From UHGV virus genome UHGV-0367476: a DNA stretch of 18,890 nucleotides; one strand, written 5' to 3'. Of this stretch, positions 1 through 6,434 are shown piece by piece; position 1 is the first letter of the stretch, and each line of letters begins with the position of its first letter. The position numbers and the translations under genes are program-made. Origin of the DNA: a virus. Below the pieces are notes generated by a model. The model saw only the letters and a program-made list of their open reading frames with translations. It was not told where the DNA came from and did no database searches.

Positions 1-40
1 TAAACCCTGTTTTCCTTGCCATAGACACCATCCCTGTCTT

Positions 41-69
41 CCCCCACATGATGTGGGGGTCTTTTTTTT
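41..69 (+). terminator. Rho-independent terminator-like hairpin: 8-bp stem CCCCCACA/TGTGGGGG, 3-nt loop, then T8
   Basis: Perfect inverted repeat 41-48/52-59 followed by tttttttt at 62-69; oriented to stop a rightward transcript entering from the left flank. Confidence 0.6.
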
Positions 70-110
70 CAACGACTTACAAACTTTTCAGGCCAATTTT
101 ACCGTCCACA

Positions 111-128
111 CTGTCCACACTTCCGTTT
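111..128. repeat. Tandem direct repeat GTCCACACT x2; candidate integrase arm-type sites
   Basis: Exact 9-mer repeated head-to-tail at 111-119 and 120-128, between the window edge and the 3' end of int. Confidence 0.5.
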
Positions 129-158
129 CAGGCGGTTTCAGGCAGTCCCGAAACGGAA

Positions 159-181
159 AAATGCGTCCACATGTGGACGGA
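159..181 (-). terminator. Perfect 16-bp palindrome CGTCCACA/TGTGGACG with A5 on + strand (T5 on - strand) just after the int stop: int terminator and/or protein-binding site
   Basis: Palindrome at 166-181; int stop codon at 186-188; T-tract follows the stem on the minus strand. Confidence 0.45.
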
Positions 182-185
182 ATTA

Positions 186-1169
186 TCAGACTCCCAGCCC
201 CCCTTTCAGCGGATTCAGTGCGATAGCGTTCTGGAGATAATCCGGTGCCAGATGCGCATACGCCATCGTCTGCTGAATGCTGGCATGGCCAAGTATCTGC
301 TGAAGCGCAATGATATTCCCGCCGTTCATCATAAAGTGGCTGGCGAACGTGTGTCGCAGAATGTGGGTGGCCTGACCGCGTGGCAGGTCTGGCTTGACCT
401 TCCGCAGCTTCCGGCAGAAGTTTTCATAGTCCACCCGGAACAGCCCCGCGCTGGCGTTGGCCATAATTTCGTCTTCCAGTTCGGAAGAGATGGGAACCAC
501 GCGCTTTTTGCCGTTCTTCGTTTCCAGGAATACGACACGGCCGTGCATAATCTGCGATTCCGTCAGCGTACTGACCTCTCCCCAGCGTCCGCCTGTGCTG
601 AGGCACAGCAGGGCAACCAGTCGGTAATCGCCCGTCAGCGTGTCCAGCAGGCGGCTAATTTCCGGTTTTGTGAGAAAGGTCATGCCGGGATTTTTCTCTT
701 TCAGGGGAGGCAGACCACGCAGCGGGTTTTCCCCCTCAAACTCATCCAGCTTGATCAGTGCGCTGAACATGCCGGACAGCCGGTAAATATCGCGGTTGAC
801 CGTGGATGCGCTTATTCCCTGCGCCAGCCTGCGGCTGCGGTGGACTATCAGCATTCGTTTGTTAACCTCGCCTACCTGCGGATTATCCAGCGCGGTAATG
901 GTTTTGATGAGATGCCTGTTTTCAATCTCGCCATTCTTCTGCGTCTGGCCGTGGTAGAGCCACCACAATTCTCTGATATCGTCCAGCGTGCGCCTGTCAA
1001 TCTGTGCTGCCGGATCCCATTCCTTGCGCTGAAACTTACCCAGCATGTAGCGTTCATACGCAACAGCATCAGCCCTTCTGTTAAATATTTTGCGGATCCG
1101 CTTACTGGTGCGTCCGCCCGCTCTTGTGTCCAGTTCATAACGTCCATCATCGAGCTTCTTAATCGCCAT
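186..1169 (-). CDS. int: Tyrosine recombinase, P2-type phage integrase (327 aa from ATG at 1167-1169)
   Basis: N-terminus MAIKKLDDGRYELD and C-terminal HxLRHTFASHF...GHASIQQTMAYAHLAPDYL catalytic-Tyr region closely resemble P2 Int as recalled; GGAGGG Shine-Dalgarno 7 nt upstream of this ATG; the track's TTG start at 1226 adds 19 unsupported residues. Confidence 0.95.
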   Translation of the reverse strand: MAIKKLDDGRYELDTRAGGRTSKRIRKIFNRRADAVAYERYMLGKFQRKEWDPAAQIDRRTLDDIRELWWLYHGQTQKNGEIENRHLIKTITALDNPQVGEVNKRMLIVHRSRRLAQGISASTVNRDIYRLSGMFSALIKLDEFEGENPLRGLPPLKEKNPGMTFLTKPEISRLLDTLTGDYRLVALLCLSTGGRWGEVSTLTESQIMHGRVVFLETKNGKKRVVPISSELEDEIMANASAGLFRVDYENFCRKLRKVKPDLPRGQATHILRHTFASHFMMNGGNIIALQQILGHASIQQTMAYAHLAPDYLQNAIALNPLKGGLGV

Positions 1170-1253
1170 AGCGAAGCCCTCCGATGTAGCTTCCGGCCTG
1201 CGACCACAGGCAGTCAGCAAATTCAAAATACAGGTCTAACCAATTTTCAGCTT

Positions 1254-1574
1254 TTAACGGTGTGATTTTGCTGTTTTGGGGGTTAAATCCGGAATATCCT
1301 CCGGTTGCTCTGACCCATCAAGAGAGAGAGCCGGGGATATTTGACCTACCTCCGGCATGGTTTCGTCCGTTGAAAGCCAGTAAGCGTATTTTTTGAATCT
1401 TGGGTTTTTGGTTATCTTCATAAGAGCGCCTTCTGTTACTTGGAAACCCTTTGTTTCGTAGTTCGTTAGCGTTCCATAAGGTAAGCCAACTGCATCAGCA
1501 AACTCTTGGCGGGTCATTCCCTCAGCCTTGCGGATTAAACGAAACTTCTCACCCATACTTGACATATGTGCCAT
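1254..1574 (-). CDS. C: P2 C-type immunity repressor (106 aa from ATG at 1572-1574)
   Basis: MSSMGEKFRLIRKAEGMTRQEFADAVGLPYGTLTNYE... resembles P2 C (HTH ...GVPYGTLSYYE...); GGAGGA 10 nt upstream of the chosen ATG; tandem with int and divergent from cox as in P2; the upstream 105 codons of the track ORF are antisense to cox and the switch. Confidence 0.85.
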   Translation of the reverse strand: MAHMSSMGEKFRLIRKAEGMTRQEFADAVGLPYGTLTNYETKGFQVTEGALMKITKNPRFKKYAYWLSTDETMPEVGQISPALSLDGSEQPEDIPDLTPKTAKSHR

Positions 1575-1670
1575 GTAAGGAATATCCTCCATTTTGTAAT
1601 GTGTCACATGTGGAATGTTCCAGAGTGTTCTAGAACGGTCTGCAAAGGTTTGCAAAACGGAGGATAACAC
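1575..1670. promoter_or_regulatory. Lysogeny/lysis switch region between divergent C and cox (expected face-to-face promoters and operators)
   Basis: Divergent C/cox arrangement; contains palindrome CACATGTG (1605-1612), 10-bp palindrome GTTCTAGAAC (1627-1636) and direct repeat TGCAAA at 1641-1646 and 1651-1656 spaced one helical turn; exact -10/-35 not assigned. Confidence 0.6.
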
Positions 1671-1940
1671 ATGAACCTTGATGATTTGCTTATCAAGTAC
1701 CCGCTCGAAGGGGTGACAACTGAGAAGTTCGCGGAGCTGTTGGGTAAGTCTAAAAATGCCGTGGATATGATGGTTAAAGCGGACAAAATTCCTTTTATTG
1801 AAATTCAGGATCCGGAGAAGCCTGGAGCGCGTACGGAGAAACTGATTTGTATTGAGGAATTTAATAAAGGCATCCGGCTTGCATTTGCAAAAAAACCAAA
1901 AGCACAACGCGATGCGTGGCTAATGTGGTTAGGGCTTTAA
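1671..1940 (+). CDS. cox: Cox-type excisionase/early-promoter repressor (89 aa)
   Basis: C-terminus ...RDAWLMWLGL and overall size match P2 Cox (ending ...DGWLMWLGL as recalled); GGAGGA upstream of ATG; divergent from C. Confidence 0.9.
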   Translation: MNLDDLLIKYPLEGVTTEKFAELLGKSKNAVDMMVKADKIPFIEIQDPEKPGARTEKLICIEEFNKGIRLAFAKKPKAQRDAWLMWLGL

Positions 1941-1942
1941 TT

Positions 1943-2278
1943 ATGAAGACTAAATACGCGACCCTGATTCGTAGCCTTTTGCAGAATTACCACGCACAGG
2001 CAAACGCGATTGAAAAAGAAACGTTCTCTGTCCATAGCGATGGTATCCAGTTAATGGAATTGAATATCCAGCTTGCGAAATGTCTTGAGGGAATTACTTC
2101 TACTGCCCGTTTTAATAACGACAGTGATGATTTTGAAGAGTTGCACAAGATTACGCTTATGGTGTTTGGTGGAAATATACCAACTGAAAATAACATTTCC
2201 GGCCTTATGTCGCTTGCTACCACAGCGTTAAAAAGTAATAACTCGCATCTAAAATCTGTTGCAGCTTCCCAACGTTAA
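1943..2278 (+). CDS. Hypothetical protein (111 aa from ATG 1943; GTG at 1916 possible)
   Basis: Open frame directly after cox stop; AT-rich relative to flanking phage genes; no motif recognised. Confidence 0.5.
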   Translation: MKTKYATLIRSLLQNYHAQANAIEKETFSVHSDGIQLMELNIQLAKCLEGITSTARFNNDSDDFEELHKITLMVFGGNIPTENNISGLMSLATTALKSNNSHLKSVAASQR

Positions 2279-2287
2279 GGAGCCGAT

Positions 2288-2857
2288 ATGAAACATTTAA
2301 TGATTGACCTTGAAACAATGGATAATAAACCGACTTCTGCGATTGCTTCTATCGGTGCTGTGTTCTTTGACCCTGAAACTGGCGAAATGGGTGAGCAGTT
2401 TTATCAGCGCGTTAGCCTGGGCAGCTGTGTAGGCCACGATCTCTCTATGGGTTCAGAAACCGTATCATGGTGGATGCGTCAGGATGCCGAAGCGCGTAGC
2501 GAGCTGCTTAATGATGATTGCCTGGACTTGCCTCTGGCTTTAGCGAATCTGGAATCCTTTATTACTGAGCATTCTGACCCATCTAAAGTGCAGGTGTGGG
2601 GGAATGGTGCGGCGTTCGACAATGTTATTTTACGTAATGCATCAGATAAATGCGGGTTTGCCGATCCACTTTGGTACTACTGGAATGACCGTGATGTAAG
2701 AACGGTTGTTGAACTGTCAAAAACACTTGGGCTGAATGTTCGTAATATTATTAAGTTTGATGGTGTTAAACATCACGCTTTATATGATGCCATTCATCAG
2801 GCTAAAGTTGTTTCTTATGTCTGGATGTATCTTGTAAAAATAGCCAGTGTGAAATGA
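2288..2857 (+). CDS. DEDDh-family 3'-5' exonuclease (DnaQ/Orn-like fold), 189 aa
   Basis: Exo I motif MIDLETM (D-x-E), Exo II WGNGAAFDNVIL, Exo III HHALYDA; AAGGAG Shine-Dalgarno before ATG. Confidence 0.85.
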   Translation: MKHLMIDLETMDNKPTSAIASIGAVFFDPETGEMGEQFYQRVSLGSCVGHDLSMGSETVSWWMRQDAEARSELLNDDCLDLPLALANLESFITEHSDPSKVQVWGNGAAFDNVILRNASDKCGFADPLWYYWNDRDVRTVVELSKTLGLNVRNIIKFDGVKHHALYDAIHQAKVVSYVWMYLVKIASVK

Positions 2858-3078
2858 CGATGCTTACAGTGACCTCTCATGCAAGTGAAAGTGTCATAGT
2901 AAAGGCATTTTCTGTGCTGACGGAATATTACAGCGGCAAAAAAGTATATCAGGTTATAAAACCGCATCATTATTTCTCTGTTCATGTTTCTTATCGCTGG
3001 CGATTACTGAGTAAGGATAAGGGCAGAAGCTGGGAACTAATGACACATGAGCGATATAACAAGCAGTACAGAATATAG
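2854..3078 (+). CDS. Small hypothetical ORF (74 aa), uncertain whether expressed
   Basis: ATG overlaps exonuclease stop (ATGA); AT-rich; weak ribosome-binding context; could instead be non-coding regulatory/origin DNA upstream of the replication gene. Confidence 0.35.
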   Translation: MTMLTVTSHASESVIVKAFSVLTEYYSGKKVYQVIKPHHYFSVHVSYRWRLLSKDKGRSWELMTHERYNKQYRI

Positions 3079-3117
3079 TTTTTGCCTTTTACCCATTATT
3101 TCACATCTGGATTATTT

Positions 3118-5775
3118 ATGAACGAAACGATACAACAGGACGTTGTGCGCCGTCTTGTTCGGGATTTTGAATTTAAAGAGCGGGATAAGTATTTGCAGCA
3201 GGGCGTTTGCCCTGCCTGTCGTAAGCGCGAATTATTTACCAGCATAGAAAAGCCCTGGATTCTGAAATGTGGCCGTGAAAATAACTGCGCACATCAGATC
3301 GTCGTCAAAGAGCTGTATCCGGATATCTTTGAAGACTGGTCAAAACGGTACCAGGCCACAGAAGATAACCCTCATGCGGTAGCTGAGGCATATCTGCGCG
3401 AGGCAAGAGGGCTGGAGACTGATCCATTAAAAGGCTGTTTTACCCAGGGCACATTCGTGAAGGATGGCATGGGCTCGGCAACGGTCAGATTTTCGCTGTC
3501 ATGCGGTGCAACATGGGAGCGCATCATTGACCAGCCGCAGCGCTTTGGTAAGCAGAAAGCGAACATCAGAGGCAGCTATGTTGGTCACTGGTGGGTTCCG
3601 CCTTCTGTGAACCTGCTGGAAGTGAATGAAATCTGGATCACTGAGGGAATCTTCAACGCACTGAGTCTGTGCCAGGCAGGGTTACCTGCAGTTGCCACAC
3701 TGAGCAGTAATAACTATCCGCTGGCCGCACTGGATACGCTGGCCAAAGAACTGGGCGAAAAACCACGTCCACGTCTTGTATGGGCGTTTGACGGCGATAA
3801 AGCCGGCACAAAGCACACGCTGGCGTTCGCTGCCCGTAGTGATGCTGCAGGATGGAAAACCCGTGCCGCGCAGCCGGTGAAATCATCGGCATCGCTGGAC
3901 TGGAATGACCTGTTGTTACGTAACCGGTTCAGTAAGTCGGACATTAAAAATTATCGCTACTATGGCGATCTCCTTCTGGCAAAAAGCCCGACTGAGAAAG
4001 CCCTTCTTATGCATCAGCACAATGAATGGCACTCGTTTTATTTCGAACATGGTTCCCGCATGTACTGGTTTGAGCTGGATCTGGACAGGTACATGCGAGC
4101 CTATGAGCGCATCACCAATACCGGTACCGAAGTGGTGATGGAGTGGGAGGCAAAAGAACGGGCGGTTAAAGAGTCAGGCGGTGTGACCGAAATTGCCAAC
4201 TGCTGGCTGACGCCGCTTTATTTCCAGCGGTCTGAACCTACAGACGAGTCCTGGTATTACGTGAAGGTCAGTATGCCGAACCGGCCAGCCGTGAAAGATA
4301 CTTTTACGGCTAATCAGCTCACCAGTTCCGCCGAGTTCAAAAAGCGTCTTCTGCATATCGCCAAGGGGGCGGTGTATACCGGCAGTACCAAACAGCTGGA
4401 TAAGTTCATCCAGATGCGTCTGCCTGAAATCAAAGAAGTTAAGACGCAGAATTTCATTGGTTACAACAAAGATTATGCCGCCTGGCTGTTTAACCGTGTG
4501 GCCGTGTGTGATGGCCGGCTGTATGAGATGAACGACGAGGATTATTTCGAAATCAACAGCGCCAGCGTTAAGAGCCTGAGCCTCACGCCGGCGCTGGATC
4601 TGAATCCGAAGCTGAACGAATTCACCACGGGCTGGGTTGACGATATCTGGACAGCGTTTGGTGAAAAAGGGTATGTGGCGCTGGCGTTCTGGCTGGGGTC
4701 GCTGTTCGCTGAGCAAATCCGGGAGCGTGACAAGTCATTTCCGTTTCTGGAAATCGTGGGCGAGCCGGGGACAGGTAAATCCACGCTGATAGAATTTCTC
4801 TGGAAGCTCGCCGGCCGTGAGGAATACGAAGGGTTTGATCCTTCTAAATCAACAGCCGCAGCGCGTGGACGCAACTTTGCCCAGGTTGGCAACCTTCCGG
4901 TTGTGCTGATTGAGGGCGACCGCACCACGGATAACGCTAAACAACGCGCTTTTGACTGGGACGAGCTGAAATCACTGTATAACGGTCGTGCCTCCCGTGC
5001 CGTGGGTATCAAATCGAACAATAACGAGACGTATGAGCCGCCATTCAGGGGAAGCATTGTGATAGCGCAAAATGCCGACACAGACGGCAGCAAGGCGTTT
5101 CTGGAGCGTATCATACACATCTATACCGACAAGCGCGGCCAGTCCATTCAGACCCGCTACGCCGCCGAACGGCTTGAACAGATACCCGTTAGTCAGGTAT
5201 CCGGGTTCACACTGCTGGCCACCATGCGTGAAAAAGAAATCATGAAGGTGTTCGGTCAGGGCTACGAACGCGCCCGTAGTGAGCTGGAGTCCAATACCAA
5301 CATTCGTCATATTCGTATCGCCAAAAATCACGCGCAACTGGTTGGTTTGCTGGAAGCGCTGGCGCTGGTTGTGCCGGTACCGGTGGAACGTATTGAGAAG
5401 ACCCGCGAGGCCATCACCGCGCTGGCTGTGGAACGTTGCCAGGCACTTAAAAAGGATCACCCTCTGGTACAGGAGTTCTGGGAGCTGTTTGATTATCTTG
5501 ACGAGCTGGCACCGCACGGCATTAACCATTCATCGGATGAAGGGGAAATTGCGGTCAACTTTAACCATCTGGAGGAAGTCGCCGCCGCCCACCGGCAGCG
5601 TATTCCGTTTACGCTAACCGAGATTAAAAAGCTGCTTAAAAACGGCAATGAGCGCCGTTTTATCGACACAAAAACCACGCGCAGTGCGGTGAGTGAACGT
5701 CATAACCGTGGCAAAGGTGAAATGCAAAGAATGCCGGACACTTTCCGGTGCTGGATTTTCCGCAGGGGGAATTAA
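3118..5775 (+). CDS. Replicative primase-helicase: N-terminal Zn-ribbon, Toprim primase core, C-terminal P-loop NTPase (885 aa from ATG 3118; TTG at 3082 possible)
   Basis: CPACRKRE...KCGRENNCAH zinc ribbon; Toprim-like ITEGIFNALSL and WAFDGDKAG; Walker A GEPGTGKST; occupies the slot of P2 replication genes B/A but is not an A-type rolling-circle initiator. Confidence 0.85.
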   Translation: MNETIQQDVVRRLVRDFEFKERDKYLQQGVCPACRKRELFTSIEKPWILKCGRENNCAHQIVVKELYPDIFEDWSKRYQATEDNPHAVAEAYLREARGLETDPLKGCFTQGTFVKDGMGSATVRFSLSCGATWERIIDQPQRFGKQKANIRGSYVGHWWVPPSVNLLEVNEIWITEGIFNALSLCQAGLPAVATLSSNNYPLAALDTLAKELGEKPRPRLVWAFDGDKAGTKHTLAFAARSDAAGWKTRAAQPVKSSASLDWNDLLLRNRFSKSDIKNYRYYGDLLLAKSPTEKALLMHQHNEWHSFYFEHGSRMYWFELDLDRYMRAYERITNTGTEVVMEWEAKERAVKESGGVTEIANCWLTPLYFQRSEPTDESWYYVKVSMPNRPAVKDTFTANQLTSSAEFKKRLLHIAKGAVYTGSTKQLDKFIQMRLPEIKEVKTQNFIGYNKDYAAWLFNRVAVCDGRLYEMNDEDYFEINSASVKSLSLTPALDLNPKLNEFTTGWVDDIWTAFGEKGYVALAFWLGSLFAEQIRERDKSFPFLEIVGEPGTGKSTLIEFLWKLAGREEYEGFDPSKSTAAARGRNFAQVGNLPVVLIEGDRTTDNAKQRAFDWDELKSLYNGRASRAVGIKSNNNETYEPPFRGSIVIAQNADTDGSKAFLERIIHIYTDKRGQSIQTRYAAERLEQIPVSQVSGFTLLATMREKEIMKVFGQGYERARSELESNTNIRHIRIAKNHAQLVGLLEALALVVPVPVERIEKTREAITALAVERCQALKKDHPLVQEFWELFDYLDELAPHGINHSSDEGEIAVNFNHLEEVAAAHRQRIPFTLTEIKKLLKNGNERRFIDTKTTRSAVSERHNRGKGEMQRMPDTFRCWIFRRGN

Positions 5776-5777
5776 TT

Positions 5778-6095
5778 ATGTCAGAGCAAAATTACGAACA
5801 AAGGTCATTAAAACTGCTGGGGGTAACTGCCAGAATGCAAACACTGATGATTAACCAGAACATTACTCCGCTTGAACTGGTTAACTGCGCCAACGCAGCC
5901 CGCGCAATGTATCTGACGGCTACCAGCAACAAAAAGTATGAGTTAACAGGTTTGTTTTATTGTGATTTTTGCAACCGGGATAGTAGTGAAAAAGGAATGC
6001 TGCTTGTTGCGGGACTGCGTAATACTCACATTTGCTCTGAATGTGTTGATATTTGCCGTGAAACTCTCGATAAAAAAAGGCCATGCGGGGAATGA
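5778..6095 (+). CDS. Small protein with C-terminal ClpX-type C4 zinc-binding domain (105 aa)
   Basis: YCDFCNRDSSEKGMLLVAGLRNTHICSECVDIC compares closely with ClpX N-domain [33 protein letters not shown]; AT-rich; ATG 5778 immediately after primase stop. Confidence 0.75.
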   Translation: MSEQNYEQRSLKLLGVTARMQTLMINQNITPLELVNCANAARAMYLTATSNKKYELTGLFYCDFCNRDSSEKGMLLVAGLRNTHICSECVDICRETLDKKRPCGE

Positions 6096-6103
6096 ATCCC
6101 CGC
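6085..6103. terminator. Bidirectional hairpin between convergent genes (stem GCGGGGA/TCCCCGC, 5-nt loop), flanked by A8 upstream and T-rich downstream; overlaps a cos-like sequence
   Basis: Inverted repeat 6085-6091/6097-6103; aaaaaaaa at 6071-6078; loop covers the stop codon of the 5778-6095 CDS. Confidence 0.5.
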
Positions 6104-6111
6104 AAGTTTAT

Positions 6112-6381
6112 TCAGGCCGCAAGACCAGCTTTAAGCAGATCCAGCGTCATTTGCTTCTGTTCAGGCGAGAAGGAATTGAGGATCGTCTGCACCATTAAGT
6201 CCCCGGTCTTAGCGCTGGGGCTTAACGTGTGCGAGAACGTCAGGTTAAGCACGAAGGTGTGACCACACTCCACGTCAGAACAGGCGCAGTAAATATCTGA
6301 AATATGCGGGTGCTTGGGATTCGTCTTTTTGATGATCGCCTTCGCCCCACACTCCGGACATTTAACTTTTAGTACCCGCAT
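6112..6381 (-). CDS. ogr: Ogr/Delta-family zinc-finger late-gene transcription activator (89 aa from ATG 6379-6381; track start 6435 would add 18 residues)
   Basis: C-x2-C-x22-C-x4-C spacing (CPEC ... CSDVECGHTF) identical to P2 Ogr CPLC ... CQNVNCSATF; GGAG 8 nt upstream of the internal ATG. Confidence 0.8.
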   Translation of the reverse strand: MRVLKVKCPECGAKAIIKKTNPKHPHISDIYCACSDVECGHTFVLNLTFSHTLSPSAKTGDLMVQTILNSFSPEQKQMTLDLLKAGLAA

Positions 6382-6434
6382 ATTCCGCGCTCCATGACCC
6401 TGAGAACGCCTATATTTTAGCCTTTTTGACGGCA

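Noticed and set aside
1-185. Possible tRNA or tmRNA 3' end at the prophage-host junction
   Set aside because: No GGTTCGAATCC-like T-arm or CCA-end context is visible; the 41-69 hairpin is better explained as an intrinsic terminator or att-associated structure. The junction may lie outside the window.
1170-1226. TTG-initiated N-terminal extension of int
   Set aside because: P2 Int similarity begins at MAIKK (ATG 1167-1169) with a GGAGGG ribosome-binding site; the extension has neither homology nor a ribosome-binding site.
48-1265. 405-aa ORF on the + strand
   Set aside because: Entirely antisense to the integrase gene, which has clear catalytic motifs and P2 Int similarity; a shadow ORF of a GC-rich gene.
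1575-1907. N-terminal 105 codons of the 217-aa minus-strand track ORF (1254-1907)
   Set aside because: This part is antisense to cox and the switch region; the repressor homology begins at the internal ATG (1572-1574), which has a GGAGGA Shine-Dalgarno.
3372-5678. Several minus-strand ORFs (64-192 aa) and one plus-strand off-frame ORF inside the primase-helicase gene
   Set aside because: Nested within a long ORF carrying Zn-ribbon, Toprim and Walker A motifs; no independent signals.
3118-5775. Calling the replication gene a P2 gene A (rolling-circle initiator) homologue
   Set aside because: The protein shows primase (Zn-ribbon, Toprim) and P-loop NTPase motifs, not an HUH endonuclease pattern, so it is annotated as a primase-helicase.
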